Source: Glaucostegus cemiculus
Taxonomy: Eukaryota
Reading direction: 5' to 3'
Length of the DNA stretch: 64,000 bases
Assembly (NCBI GenBank): GCA_976551045.1
Contig: CDPCPM010000180.1
Coordinates: 6,200,001 to 6,264,000, forward strand
Below are positions 13,781 to 24,830 of the stretch, in pieces; position 1 is the stretch's first letter, and each line of letters begins with the position of its first letter. The position numbers and the translations under genes were made by a program. The notes under the pieces are model-generated. The model had not been told where the DNA came from. It saw only the letters and a list, made by a program, of their open reading frames with translations, and did no database searches.

Positions 13781-14009
13781 AGTTATCCACTTGGAAAGAA
13801 GAATGAAAAGGAAAATTATTATTTAAACAATATGAGATTACTAATTGCCGTGGTACATGTGGACCTGCAGTCCTTGTCTATGAAGCACAAAATAATCAGC
13901 ATGGACATACAGCAAATGATTAGGAAGGCAAATGGAATGTTAGCCTTTATTCCAAGAGGTACGGAGTATAAAAGTAGAGACATTTAGTAGGATGTATCAT
14001 AGAAGACAT

Positions 14010-14545
14010 CCTATCTGGCTGTATCACAACTTGGTACAGCAACTGCTCTGCTGAAGACCACAAGAAACTGCAGAGAGTTGTGGACACAGCCCAGTGAATC
14101 ACGGAAACCAGCCTTCCCTCCATGGACTCTATCTATACCTCTCGCTGCCTTGGTGAAGCAGCCAGCATAATCAAAGACCCCATGCACCCAGGTCATTCTC
14201 TCTTCTCCCCTTTCCCATCAGGCAGAAGATACAGGAACCTGAGGGCATGTACCACCAGGCTCAAGAACAGCTTCTATCACATGGTGATAAGACTACTGAA
14301 TGGCTCCCTTATACGATGAGATGGACTCTTGACCTCACAATCTACCTTGTTGGACCTTGCATCTTATTGTCTACCTGCAATACACTTCCCTGTAGCTGTG
14401 ACACTTTACTCTGTATTGTTATTGTTCTTACCTGTACTACCTCAATGCACTGTGTAATGAATTGATCTGTACAAACAGTATGCAAGACAAGTTTTTCAGT
14501 GTACCTCGGTGCAAGTGACAATAACAAACCAATACCAATGACAAT
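14010..14545 (+). mobile_element. Rex1/Babar-type LINE 3' fragment
   Basis: AASIIKDPMHPGHSLFSPFPSGRRYRNLRACTTRLKNSFY; tail gtgacaataacaaaccaataccaat. Related to the 39.3-40.5 kb copy. Confidence 0.82.
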
Positions 14546-15374
14546 ACATTTTCATGCAGACACAAGAGACTGCCTTTACAGGCTGCTGGAGTGACTGCAC
14601 CTGGATTTATGCATACTCTTTCGGTCTCCAAACTTAGGGGATGATGTGATTGCATTGGCAACATTGCAGGGAATGTTCTCTAAGTTTATTCCTTAGGCTG
14701 AAGGGGTTGACTTGTGAAGAAAAGTTGAGTGGGTTGTGTCTCTGCTTCAATCAAGGACACAAGAGTGAAATGTGACATTCTAACTGAGATGAGCAGGGTG
14801 GATGCTGACATGATATAATTATTGAGAAAAACAGGGTATAATTTCACCCATTTCAGATGGGCACGAAATGGATTTCTTTTTCTCTCAATGAATCAGGAAT
14901 CTCTGCAATTCTCTAATCTAGAGAGCTGTGGAGGTTAGACTTATTGAAAATACTTAAGGCAGAGAGATTGATAGACAAGGAAGTCAAGGGGTCTGGGGAA
15001 AGTGAGAAAGTGGTGTTGAGGCCAAGATTATGTACAGAGGAGGCTCGAAGGGCTGACTGACTTAATCCTGCTCTCCCTTCTTATGTTTTTGTGGTCTAAA
15101 CATTCCAATAATATGCATTCCAATAATAAATATTAAAATTATGCAAGTATTTTGGTAGATATTATTAACTAATGGGATTAAAATGTGGTAACAATGTAAG
15201 TCTTCGTTTATCACAGCAACACAGCATCAGCTGGACACTACGTTATTGGTTGATGTGCTCATTATCTCAGATTGAGGTGAATTTTACTCGGTTTCTTCAG
15301 CTTTAGCTACTATTAACTGACCTACCCTATAGATTAAGTATTTAGAGAATTTAGCATTTTTAATTAGAAGATTT

Positions 15375-15670
15375 TAAGATGTCTTTATTAGTCACATGTA
15401 CATCAAAACACACAGTGAAATACAACTTCTGCGCAGAGTGTTCTGGAGGCAGCCTGCAAGTGTCACCACGCTTCCGGTGCCAACATAGCAAGCCCACAAT
15501 TTCCTAACCCATATGTCTTTGGAATGTGGGAGGAAACCGGAGCACCTGGAGGAAACCCATGCAGACTTGGGGAGAACAGACAGTGTTCTTAAAGACAGTG
15601 GCCGGAATTGAACCCAGGTCACTGGCGCTGTAATAGCGTTATGCTAACCACTACACAACCTTACCGTGGC
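15375..15670 (-). mobile_element. tRNA-derived V-SINE (HE1-like)
   Basis: Minus strand reads a tRNA-like head with GGGTTCAATTCC B box, the core gggtttcctccaggtgctccggtttcctcccac, and the tail gatgtacatgtgactaataaaga. Confidence 0.85.
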
Positions 15671-16209
15671 ACGATAGTTATGCATACTGGTGAACTTGTG
15701 TTGTCTGTTAATTATTTTTTACTTATTCTGATATTTGTTCTCCGTAACACCACACCTGGCACTCTTTCAAATGAGAGCACCTGGTATGAAGCTTGTTATA
15801 TATAGTTTCCAGCCTCACTGTCTTGCAGCCACATAAAGGCAACGATGTTGTAGTTGCTACATTCACTTTGGGTTTGCAATCCATTCAGTCTGTTCTTTGT
15901 ACAGTACTTTCTTTGTATATACAAAAAACACTGAGGAGAACCAGAAAAACTAACTTGCCGTTCTGCACTTCTTTTACTCTGTTTCTCTCTCCTGGTTGAA
16001 TTACTTTGCATCTTTAATTTTCTCTCCATCTGTGGTGCCTAAAACACCATTTCTGTCTAATGTTCTTCCCTTTTGCTCAAGATCTGTTATCAATATTCTT
16101 CCTATGTTCTCTCCCTATTCTTTCTGCCTTCCCTCCAAATGACAGCTTAAAATACTTATAATTACTTCATTTATCCTTCCAGCCTGTGCCCATTTCACTT
16201 AGAGATCCT

Positions 16210-16675
16210 CACAGTGGCACAGTTCCTCCACTGTGGCACAGTGGAGGAACTGCTTCACAGCTCCAGTGACCCAGATTCAATCCCAAACTTCAGTCAAAAT
16301 TAAAGTCAAAGTCAAGCTTATTATCATATGAACAAGTACACGTAAGCACAGGTGCAATAGAAAGCTTACTTGCAGCAGCATCACAGGCACAGGCTCTCTG
16401 TGTGGAGGTTGTGCATTCTCACTGTACCGCATGGACTTCCTCCAGGTGTTCTGACTTCCTCCCAGATCCTAAAGACATTTGGGCTGGTTCATAATTGGCC
16501 ACTGGAAATTACCCCTAAAGTGTATGTGAGTGGTAAAATTGTGGGGGTGAGGAGTCGATTGGAATACGAGGATGATAGATATGGGGGTAGTGTAGGATTA
16601 GTTAAACGAGCGCTTGATGGTGGTGCCGACTCAGTAGGCTGAAGGGCTGTTTCAGTGCTGTATGGCACTCTGACT
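16210..16675 (+). mobile_element. Older V-SINE copy interrupted by a short antisense retroposon tail (~16295-16390)
   Basis: tggcacagtgg A-box-like head, gacccagattcaatccc B-box-like, degenerate core ttcctccaggtgttctgacttcctcccag, tail ggctgaagggctgtttc. Confidence 0.6.
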
Positions 16676-17914
16676 TAAACTTCATCTCCCAGTTATGATG
16701 TCAGTAGTTAATAAAATGGAAACTATTTAACACACAACTCCTTTAGCCACTTCTTTACCCTCTCATTTTGCTTGTCCCGCACATGACTCTGTACATTTGC
16801 TGATGTTATAATTAAAGATCTGATTTAATTTCTAAATGTGACCAGTTCCTATTCTCTTAAGCTTCAGAGTGTCTCCAACATGCATCCCAATTTAATGAAT
16901 GAGACACAGATATTCAAGGCAGAGACATCCACTGCAGGGAATCTTGTGTTTGCTTGGGACACTTTATTGTTCATAAACTCGTATCTTCTTAAGTCCAGAC
17001 ACATAACGTGCTCTGAGATAGTCTATTATGCATTCACGCACTACTGTTTAGTTTTTTTTTATATACTTACAAATACTTGACAAAATTTTAGATATTTACT
17101 GCCTCAAACATGAACATAAGGCTTAGAGGCAAAAAGCAGGACCAACTTCACCCTCTGCACTGAATTCCTCTTCTGGACATATCTTCAATTCTGATTATGA
17201 TGCATTCCTTTCAAGACCAGCCTATGCAACCATTTTATTTGCTGTTAGCAGAAACTGTATACCTTTACATACAATTTTGAGCTGCAAACCAATTAGACAT
17301 TGACTAACTTGATGCGACACAAGATAGTAAAAAGCCTAGAAATTCAGAAATGCTTTCAATAAACAACTGGAAAAACTGGACGGTTAACACCATTTCCAGA
17401 CAGGTATGGAATAGCAAATCCGAGTAATTTTTCCAACAACAGCATGTCAGCTAATGAGTTGGAATTGGGGTAGGTTATGTGATGTGTCAACTTATGTAAC
17501 CTTTGTAAATTTACCTCCTGCTCTGAAGTATATTTTTGCTAGGAAGCCCAGGGAGATGTAGGGGTTTTTGGTGAGCTTCATCGCATTAAGAAGACATTGT
17601 GCTTTGTGGGCTAGTCCCTGACATAAATATCAACAGCTGCTGGGAAATTATCAGTTGAGTGAAAGACACCCTCTGGTCTGCCTGAAACTCCCTGGTGCTC
17701 CAGAACAAAGTGTTGTCCACGGCTGAGTACCTCAAAGTGGCACAGTCTAAAATCCATGTCTGCATTCTAAAGAGTGTTCTGGAGCCAAGGATAGCAACAG
17801 GAGAGCTCCATAAAGAAGAACCACAATTTTAGAGCCCTCCTGTGACTACACACAAATTAGTTGAAATCGGTGTTAGAACCCCATGAACAATTTGTCAAAT
17901 AACAGGAATAATAT

Positions 17915-18302
17915 AAGATCCGGGTTCAATTCCAGCTGCTATCTGTAAGGAGTTTGTACGTTCTCCCTGTGTCTGCGTGGGTTTCCTCCAGGTACTCTGG
18001 TTTCCTCCCACATTCCAAAGACATAGAACATAGAACACTACAGCATAGTCCAGGCCCTTTGGCCCACAATGTTGTGCCGACATTTTATCCTGCTCTAAGA
18101 TCTATCTAACTCTTCCCTCCTACATAGCCCCCTATTTTTCTATCATTCATGTAAGATGTATGGGTTAGGAAGTTGTGGGCATGCTGTGTTGGCAGTGGAA
18201 GTGTGGCGACACTTGCAAGCTGCCCCTAGAACACTCTATGCAAAAGTTGCATTTCACAGTGAGTTTCAATGTACATGTGACTAATAAAGATATCTTATCC
18301 TA
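17915..18302 (+). mobile_element. V-SINE with a nested antisense CR1 3' tail (~18022-18152)
   Basis: ccgggttcaattcc B box and gtgggtttcctccaggtactctggtttcctcccac core, interrupted by catagaacatagaacactacagc..., then resumes at tatgggttaggaagttgtgggc and ends gactaataaagatatcttatc. Confidence 0.82.
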
Positions 18303-19844
18303 TAACTTTGATTTTTGTGCACATTATTTTGTGATTTTCTTCCCTCTAATTTAGCTCACTCAATATTTGTGAATATAATCCTTTTCTGGCTCTAGTAGGG
18401 AGAGTTGGAAAATCATTTCTTGTATTAATTGAGTTCAGCTGGGATGTCCGTGGTTAAAATTTGCCTACTCTTCCTTTTTTAAGAAGGGGGAAAAAGTCAC
18501 CAAAGGTTTCAATTCCTGGAGTTCCTCCACTTTTGGAAAAATGGATGTGGCCTATTTAGTGAAGTCTTAGCCACCTTTCCATAGGTCTTAATATTGATGC
18601 CATTTGCAGTATGTGATCCTTCAATGTTTATTAGTGTAGTTTATTTAACAAACATGAATCAATACACACTAAGCCAAGTCACAGTCTATGAGGAGAGAAA
18701 TCATATTTTTCTATCACTAAATGGAAGATTGCTAAACTTCTTGAAGCAGAATGTCTACAATATGGAATTGAAAATCTGTTTTTTTAAATAACAACCACTT
18801 CCAGGCCGGAATTTCAACCAGGCATATCTGGGCACACAGAATGATGGGATTACCCATACAACAAATCATGGGAGGTTGGACCATGTTGACCAAGAGCCAC
18901 TATCTTTGGGTAATCCTGGGAACAATCTGGTCCTCCCAGCACAGTGCTGAACAGGGATGCCTTCCAGCTATCTTCATCCTCAGAACATCCCCAATCACAT
19001 CCACACCTGCCCTGCCGCCCAACCACCTGAACTCCTCCCCAGCCTCCCTCTAAACCATCTGGCAGTTCTGACATCCTGCTTCCTCTCCCCATTTAGCAGA
19101 GCTGGGCTCCGAAGCCCTTCTCCTCATCTGGCCCAACATCTGGGCTAACCTGTGAGCACTGGTCATCTTGAACACAAGCCTCCAAACTGTGGATTGAGCT
19201 GTTTGAAACCGTACGAGGCCCAGTCGTTTGGAGCTCACTGCAGTTACAAAGCAGATTTCATTTCATCTGCACGTCCTCGGGGTGCCAGGGAATGTCCCAA
19301 AGCAGGGCAGGGATCTGCTAGGGACTGCTGCTTTCGGTCGAGGAACTCCCCACGCTTTACACTCAACAACCACGGCGGCAGCGGTCACCCGGATCCCCTT
19401 AACAATGACATCGCCGGCCGAGAAGCGCAACCCGTCATCAGCAGTGGCAGAGCGGGTCACTCGGACTGCCAGGAACCGAGGGGAATTCGGAGAGGGCACG
19501 GCCAAGGCAGCGACCTATCACACGGCCAGAACATCATGAGATCCCGGCTTCACAAACTGAGTCCATCCAATGACTGCAGGACCAAGGCGGCGTGTGGTTT
19601 TTGGGAAGTTTCCCCCTTCCAGATCAAAAGAAAAGTTTTTTTTTCTTGAACTTTCCCCATGAACAAAATTAAGAATTGATTTGAATAAATAACAGCCGGA
19701 CCGCTATAACTTCTGTCAAAGAAATAATATTCCTGAATTGGAGCCTCGAGTGCGGGTGGAAGGGAGCACAGCGACGCCGCCTCAGCCCACTGCAGTGAAA
19801 GTGAAACCAAAGCGGCAGCTCGTTTCCTCCTGACGGTGGGTCAG

Positions 19845-19942
19845 CAGCGGCGGCCGGGCAGGTGAGGAGAACAGCGGCGGCCGGGCAGGTGAGGAGAACA
19901 GCGGCGGCCGGGCAGGTGAGGAGAACAGCGGCGGCCGGGCAG
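19845..19942 (+). repeat. 27-bp tandem repeat, 3 perfect copies plus a 17-nt partial copy
   Basis: Unit CAGCGGCGGCCGGGCAGGTGAGGAGAA starts at 19845, 19872 and 19899, with the partial copy at 19926. Confidence 0.95.
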
Positions 19943-20394
19943 CGGGCGCTCTCCCGCCGCACTGCTGTCCGCTCGGGGCCGGCGGCAGCGGGGTGTAGCC
20001 AGAGCCGAAGGCGGCGCCCAGTGTTAGCCCGGGAACCGCAGGCTGCTTCGGGCTCTGCTCGGCTCCGAGCCCTGGCGCGGTTGGTTGGGGCCGCTGACCG
20101 CAGGCAGATGCCGGCAACTGGGATACCAACTCCCAGAGGGTGCCCGACGGACTTTTGTTTTTCTAAGCTCTGAGAGAACAGAAACAACCTGCGGGTTATG
20201 AGTGACAACGGGCTGATGTTGGGTTAACACCCCCGTCTGCTGTGGAGCTGTGCCCGATGTTGTAGGCGGACAGCTTGCTGTGAATTGCAATCTTAACTCG
20301 AACTGTTGCAGATTGTGATGGCGGCCTGGCCCAGGAGAAATGTCATGGGTGTGGCTGTGTGCAAGGGCCTTTCGTTCCTGACAGCATTTCCACG

Positions 20395-20560
20395 GTGAGA
20401 ACAAACTGCAGGAGGAACTCAGCAGGTCGAGCAGCAGCCGTGGAGCTCAAGGAGTGGTCGACGTTTCAGGTCGAGATCCTACAATTTCCTGCCGGGCCGC
20501 TGGGTTCCTCCAGCAGTTTGTTTTCATGTTGCTCCAGTTTCCAGCTCCTCCAGTGCCGTG
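20395..20560. repeat. Short quasi-palindromic interspersed repeat (related copies at ~22790-22910, 32130-32290, 48020-48300)
   Basis: Shared motifs aactcagcaggtc...gcagc, acgtttcaggtc and a reverse-complementary arm (gctgggttcctccagcagtttg). Family uncertain, possibly Penelope-associated. Confidence 0.45.
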
Positions 20561-21239
20561 TGTCAGCATTTGCCCGGTGCTCCCCTTTCTGTTGTGGGGA
20601 GTAAGCAAAGGCTGCTCGCTGGTGTGATGTTGGAACAGAAATGCATTTGAAAATGTTGGTGCCATTGGAAACAGCAGGTGAACTTTAAAAATCTGGGTTT
20701 ATTAGAAAAGAGTATGTAAAGCAACACAAACTTCAGAGTTTAAAATTGTAGTGGTACATTATCACTTTTAATCTGAGAAACTTGTTGCAGTGGCGTTGGG
20801 AAGATTTGACAATGTTTGTGTAGAATTATAATTTCTGAATGCACTTATTGCCATAACTCCTAGAAGTATTGATCACTTTCCTAAGTGAGTGATGCAGAAT
20901 TGTGAGTGTAAACCACTGACGAAAAGATGAACTAGCAGTGTATTTTGTTACCTTGAAAAGAGGGGCTCAGAAGTGATCCATAATAGTGATCTTTAAACCG
21001 TTGTGCTAGTGTATTTTCTATTCTGCTTGTGGGGAAGTGAAAACTCGACATATTAATTAAAGGTAGTAACTAAACCGAAAATTTGGAAGAAACGCCTTTA
21101 CCCAGAATGGTGAGAATGTGGAACTCAGTATCGCAAGAAAAGGTGAAGGTGAATATTATAAATATACCTAAAGTTATGTAAGGGGTAAGAAGCAAGACGG
21201 GCCTGCTGAACATGGGGAGACAGTTGGGGCAGTCCCATA

Positions 21240-22190
21240 CCAAACTTAATGCCAATAGATGGACACCAGGAAGGGAGGTGGGATGGTGAAAGTTGTTACA
21301 AAACGTTGGTAGGGAAATGGGAAGTTAGAATGTAAGAATGAACTAGTAAGGGAAAAAAACCAAAAAATTCGTTAGATATGTCTGAAGGAAAAGATTAATA
21401 AAAGTTAAGGAGGATCACTTGCAGAAACAGGAGAAACTATATTGGAGAATTTTTAAGTGATAGAGAAGTTAAACCTATATTTTACACCACCTTTCATAAA
21501 AGAAGACATGAGAGTCCAACTGAGGAAAGGTGACGGGGGAGCTAACAGAAATTAGCATTCAGTTTTAACTGAAAAATGAACTGGAAATATTGAGATTTAT
21601 CAATCTCCAGGACCTGAAGGGGGTAGGTAGCTCTGGAGGTAGTTGGTACACTCATTGTCATTCTCCAAAATTGCATAGATTCCAAAATGGTTCCTGCAGA
21701 TTAGAAGTAGCAAGTATAACCCCACTATTTGAGAAAGGAAGGAGAGAGTCTATGATTACTGTCCAGTTAACTTGACATCAATAGTGGGGAATAAGCTAGA
21801 ATTTATTATTAAGGAAGTGGTGACAGGGCAACTAGAGAATAATAATTTGATAGAGCAGAGTCAATATGAGAAGTGAAGTCATGCTTGATAAATTGGTTAG
21901 TACCAATAACTACTGGAATAGTTAAGGGGGAGCCGGTGAATATAGTGCATATGAACTTGGGAAGCCTTTGATAAGGTACAACATAAGGTTATTTAACAAA
22001 ATTAGATCACATAGACATGAGGGTAATATTCAGCCTTGGATCGAGTTCTTAATTCTCAAGAAACAGCAATAAAATGGTCATTTTTGTGTTGGAAATCTGT
22101 AGCTAGTGGGATGCTACAGGAATTGGTGCCTGGTCTTCAGTTATTGAATAAAAGACCATTTGTAACACATTCAAGTTTGTTACCAATACA
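21240..22190 (+). mobile_element. Old degenerate CR1 LINE RT fragment
   Basis: CR1-like DNA motifs (gcaagtataaccccactatttgagaaagga, ccagttaacttgacatcaatagtggg, gcctttgataaggtac). Confidence 0.6.
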
Positions 22191-23329
22191 TATTTGGGGA
22201 GGCAGAATGAATCTTGAGTTCTTTGGTTACAATCGTGAATTAGCAGCATCATGATGGTCAATCAATGTCACTTTATCTTCCACACCTTTCTGTGACACAT
22301 TCTGCTGTCATGCTTTTGAATGTCAAACAAACCCATGCTCTCACCTGGCAGCATGTTCAGTCTTGGCAGAGAAAATTTTCAAGTAGTTTTAATTTAATCT
22401 ATAGGTCTTTCACATGGCTGCATCTGTTTTAATTTTTCTGCAGTTCCCTTTGAAGATTCCCAGCATGATTATTACAAAGCAGGAACTTGCATTGAGGGCT
22501 GGTCTTGGGGCACCTGGCTTTGTGCTGGGATGCTTTCCTGGTTCCTATAGTCAAATGAAGATTCTTGACCTCTCAATCTTGCTTCCCATGTGGTTTGTCA
22601 TCCTAATTGAACAGGAATGGACTTTTCCTGGTTTCTCCTTTTTAAAAAAAAAACATATTATCGTCTCTCATTAGCTAAATTATGCTATTAAAACACTCTG
22701 AATACAAGATTCATTTACCTTTTTTACCTCCACATTAATCACTTGAACCTCAGTTTGCATGATAACTTGCACCTTAACATAAAGGCAATTGACTGTGGAT
22801 GCTGAAATCTGAAATAAAAACAGGAAATGTTGGAAGTCTCAACAGTTCAGGGAACAACCTAGGAGACAGGAACAAAGTTAGTGTCAGGCTGATGATCTCT
22901 CATTAGAACTGGGTAAAGCTAAAGATGCACAGGTTTTACAATGTAGGGAAACAAAAGGGGAGGTCTGTGACACTGGTGGCCAGAAGAGATTAAATGTCAA
23001 AAAGTCACCAACCAACATCTCGCTTCCTGAAAGAACTCCAATTCTTCTGCTAACTTGCTTGAGCTGCTTTTGTATTACGCATCATGGACTAGTGTATCTT
23101 TGTTATATGCTGAATGAATGTTGTTAAATCAATTGGATAATTGTACGATATTAAATCATCATTAAGGTTGGCCAGCATCTGTCACAATAATACCAGCTAT
23201 GTATAACCAAAAAAGTAAAGTTGGTGTTAGCTCTCTGAATCATTAGTCACATCTTTAAAATGCTGAAAAATTGCACTAGGAACATAAATTATGAATAAAT
23301 ACACAGAACACAATCTCATCAATTTATAA

Positions 23330-23912
23330 ATTGATAATGATGCAATTCTATAAAACTCTGGTTAGACCACACTTGGACTACTGTGTCCATTTCTGGTTGC
23401 CTCATTGTAGGATGGATGTGGAAGCATTGGAAAGGGTGCAGAAGAGATCTACCATGATGCTGCCTGGTTTGGAGAGTATGGAATACCAGGAGAGACTAAG
23501 GGAGCTAGGGCTTCTCTCTTTGGAGAGAAGGAGGATGAGGGGAGAAATGATAGAGATGTACAAAACATTAAGAGGAATAGATAGAGTGGACAGACAGTGC
23601 CTCTTTCCCAGGGCACCAATGTTCAATACAAGAGGGCATAACTTTAAAGTAATAGGTGGGAAGTTCAAGGGAGATATCAGGGGGAGGTTTTCCATCCAGG
23701 GAGTGGTTGGTGCATGGAATCTGCTGCCTGGGGTAGTGGTGGAGGCAGGTACATTGGACAAGTTCAAGAGAATATTAGATAAGCATATGTAGGAATTTAA
23801 GATAGAGAGATATGTGTGAGGAAAGGGTTAGATAGTCTAAGTTGTGGTTTGAAGGTCGGCACAACATTGTGGGCCGAAGGGCCTGTATTGTGCTGTATTG
23901 TTCTATGTTATT
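23330..23912 (+). mobile_element. CR1-family LINE 3' fragment
   Basis: ORF 23331-23792 YKTLVRPHLDYCVHFWLPH...TRGHNFK...GAWNLLP; tail gggccgaagggcctgtattgtgctgtattgttctatgt. Confidence 0.9.
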
Positions 23913-24190
23913 CCTGTTCAAATAAGGAAATAGTATGCAATATGGTTTTTTTTGTGTTTTTAAACAATACTTTTCTGTTGCAGGTCTGTCCAAATAAATG
24001 CACTGGTGCAGTTGGTGAATATGAAAACCTGGGGGTGAATATTAATTTCAAGAATGTGATACTCCTTCACTCCTCTGGAAGTGACCAGAACAATCTTGGA
24101 GGTTCAAGTCACTGCACAGATATTACACGATGGTTATTTCAATATAGAATTACTGGACAACAATGAATTACTTTCTTAGTGTAGATTAAA

Positions 24191-24426
24191 ATGGGCAATG
24201 ATTTGTGTTGTCAATTGACATTTTGCCAAAGGGAGGTGAAACCAATGGCTGAAAGTGAACAGGAAGCTTTACTGTGTGTCACCAATACATGTTCATGCAG
24301 GGCAAATGATGTTAAAGGGCAGCTGATATCTCTACAAAAGTCGGTAGGCAGTGAGGATTCGACAGATCCAAGAAACAGAACCGACAGTGCCGAAGTTTCT
24401 AGAACTGATGCTGCTTCAATAAAAAG
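24191..24426 (+). CDS. OTULIN: OTULIN first coding exon (N-terminal extension, MGNDLCC...), phase 2 out
   Basis: aaaATGG strong Kozak context, in-frame upstream stops (24164, 24182) and AG|GTAAAT donor; phase chains correctly into the downstream exons. Exon likely starts at acceptor 23984 (ttttctgttgcAG) or 24185. No homology recognised, so this is a structural inference. Confidence 0.65.
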
Positions 24427-24667
24427 GTAAATTACTTTCTTTTCAGTACTGCTGATTTCACTGTTTTCATCAGCTTCAGAACTGTTTCATCATATTTGGT
24501 CCGCATTTTAGTGATTTAATCAATGGTAACTTGAGCTCATACTTTCCATTATAAATCACCACACAAGTGACATATTTAGTACAATAATTTAAATGCGCTT
24601 ATGATTTGCAACCTTGAATTAATTTAGACATTAAGGGAATTGAGGGATATATAGCTCAAGCAGGAAA

Positions 24668-24830
24668 CGGCAACACAGTGGCACAGCTGGTAGAGCTGCT
24701 GCCTCGCACTCCAGTGACCCAGGTTTGATCCTGACCTCTGCAGCTGTCTGTGTGGAGTTTGCACTCCCTTACTGTGACTGACTAAGTTTCTTCTGGGTGC
24801 TCCAGTTTCCTTTTGCATCACAAAGACTTA
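24668..24830 (+). mobile_element. V-SINE 5' portion, degenerate
   Basis: tggcacagctgg A-box-like, gacccaggtttgatcc B-box-like, degenerate core gtttcttctgggtgctccagtttcc. Confidence 0.65.

Larger units (their letters stand above)
11960..15090 (+). mobile_element. Old CR1 LINE, split by two younger Rex1/Babar-type insertions
   Basis: Degenerate CR1 RT DNA (gtggggtgccatggggatcaatactgggg, GVPxGS-like) runs to ~12268 and resumes at ~13781 (agttatccacttgg, EVIH-like; gcaaatggaatgttagcctttatt) and again after ~14600. Confidence 0.6.
19200..20620. promoter_or_regulatory. OTULIN: CpG island / probable OTULIN promoter and non-coding first exon
   Basis: The only extended GC- and CpG-rich segment in an AT-rich window, ~4 kb upstream of the first coding exon; contains CAG|GTGAGG donor-like sites at 19861, 19888 and 19915. 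Confidence 0.75.

Noticed and set aside
19845-19942. 27-bp direct repeats as a CRISPR-like array
   Set aside because: Units are contiguous with no spacers, and the context is a eukaryotic intron-containing locus.
19152-20665. Several overlapping 80-180 aa ORFs on both strands in the CpG island
   Set aside because: Expected from stop-poor GC-rich DNA; the repetitive peptides come from the 27-bp repeat; no recognisable domain.
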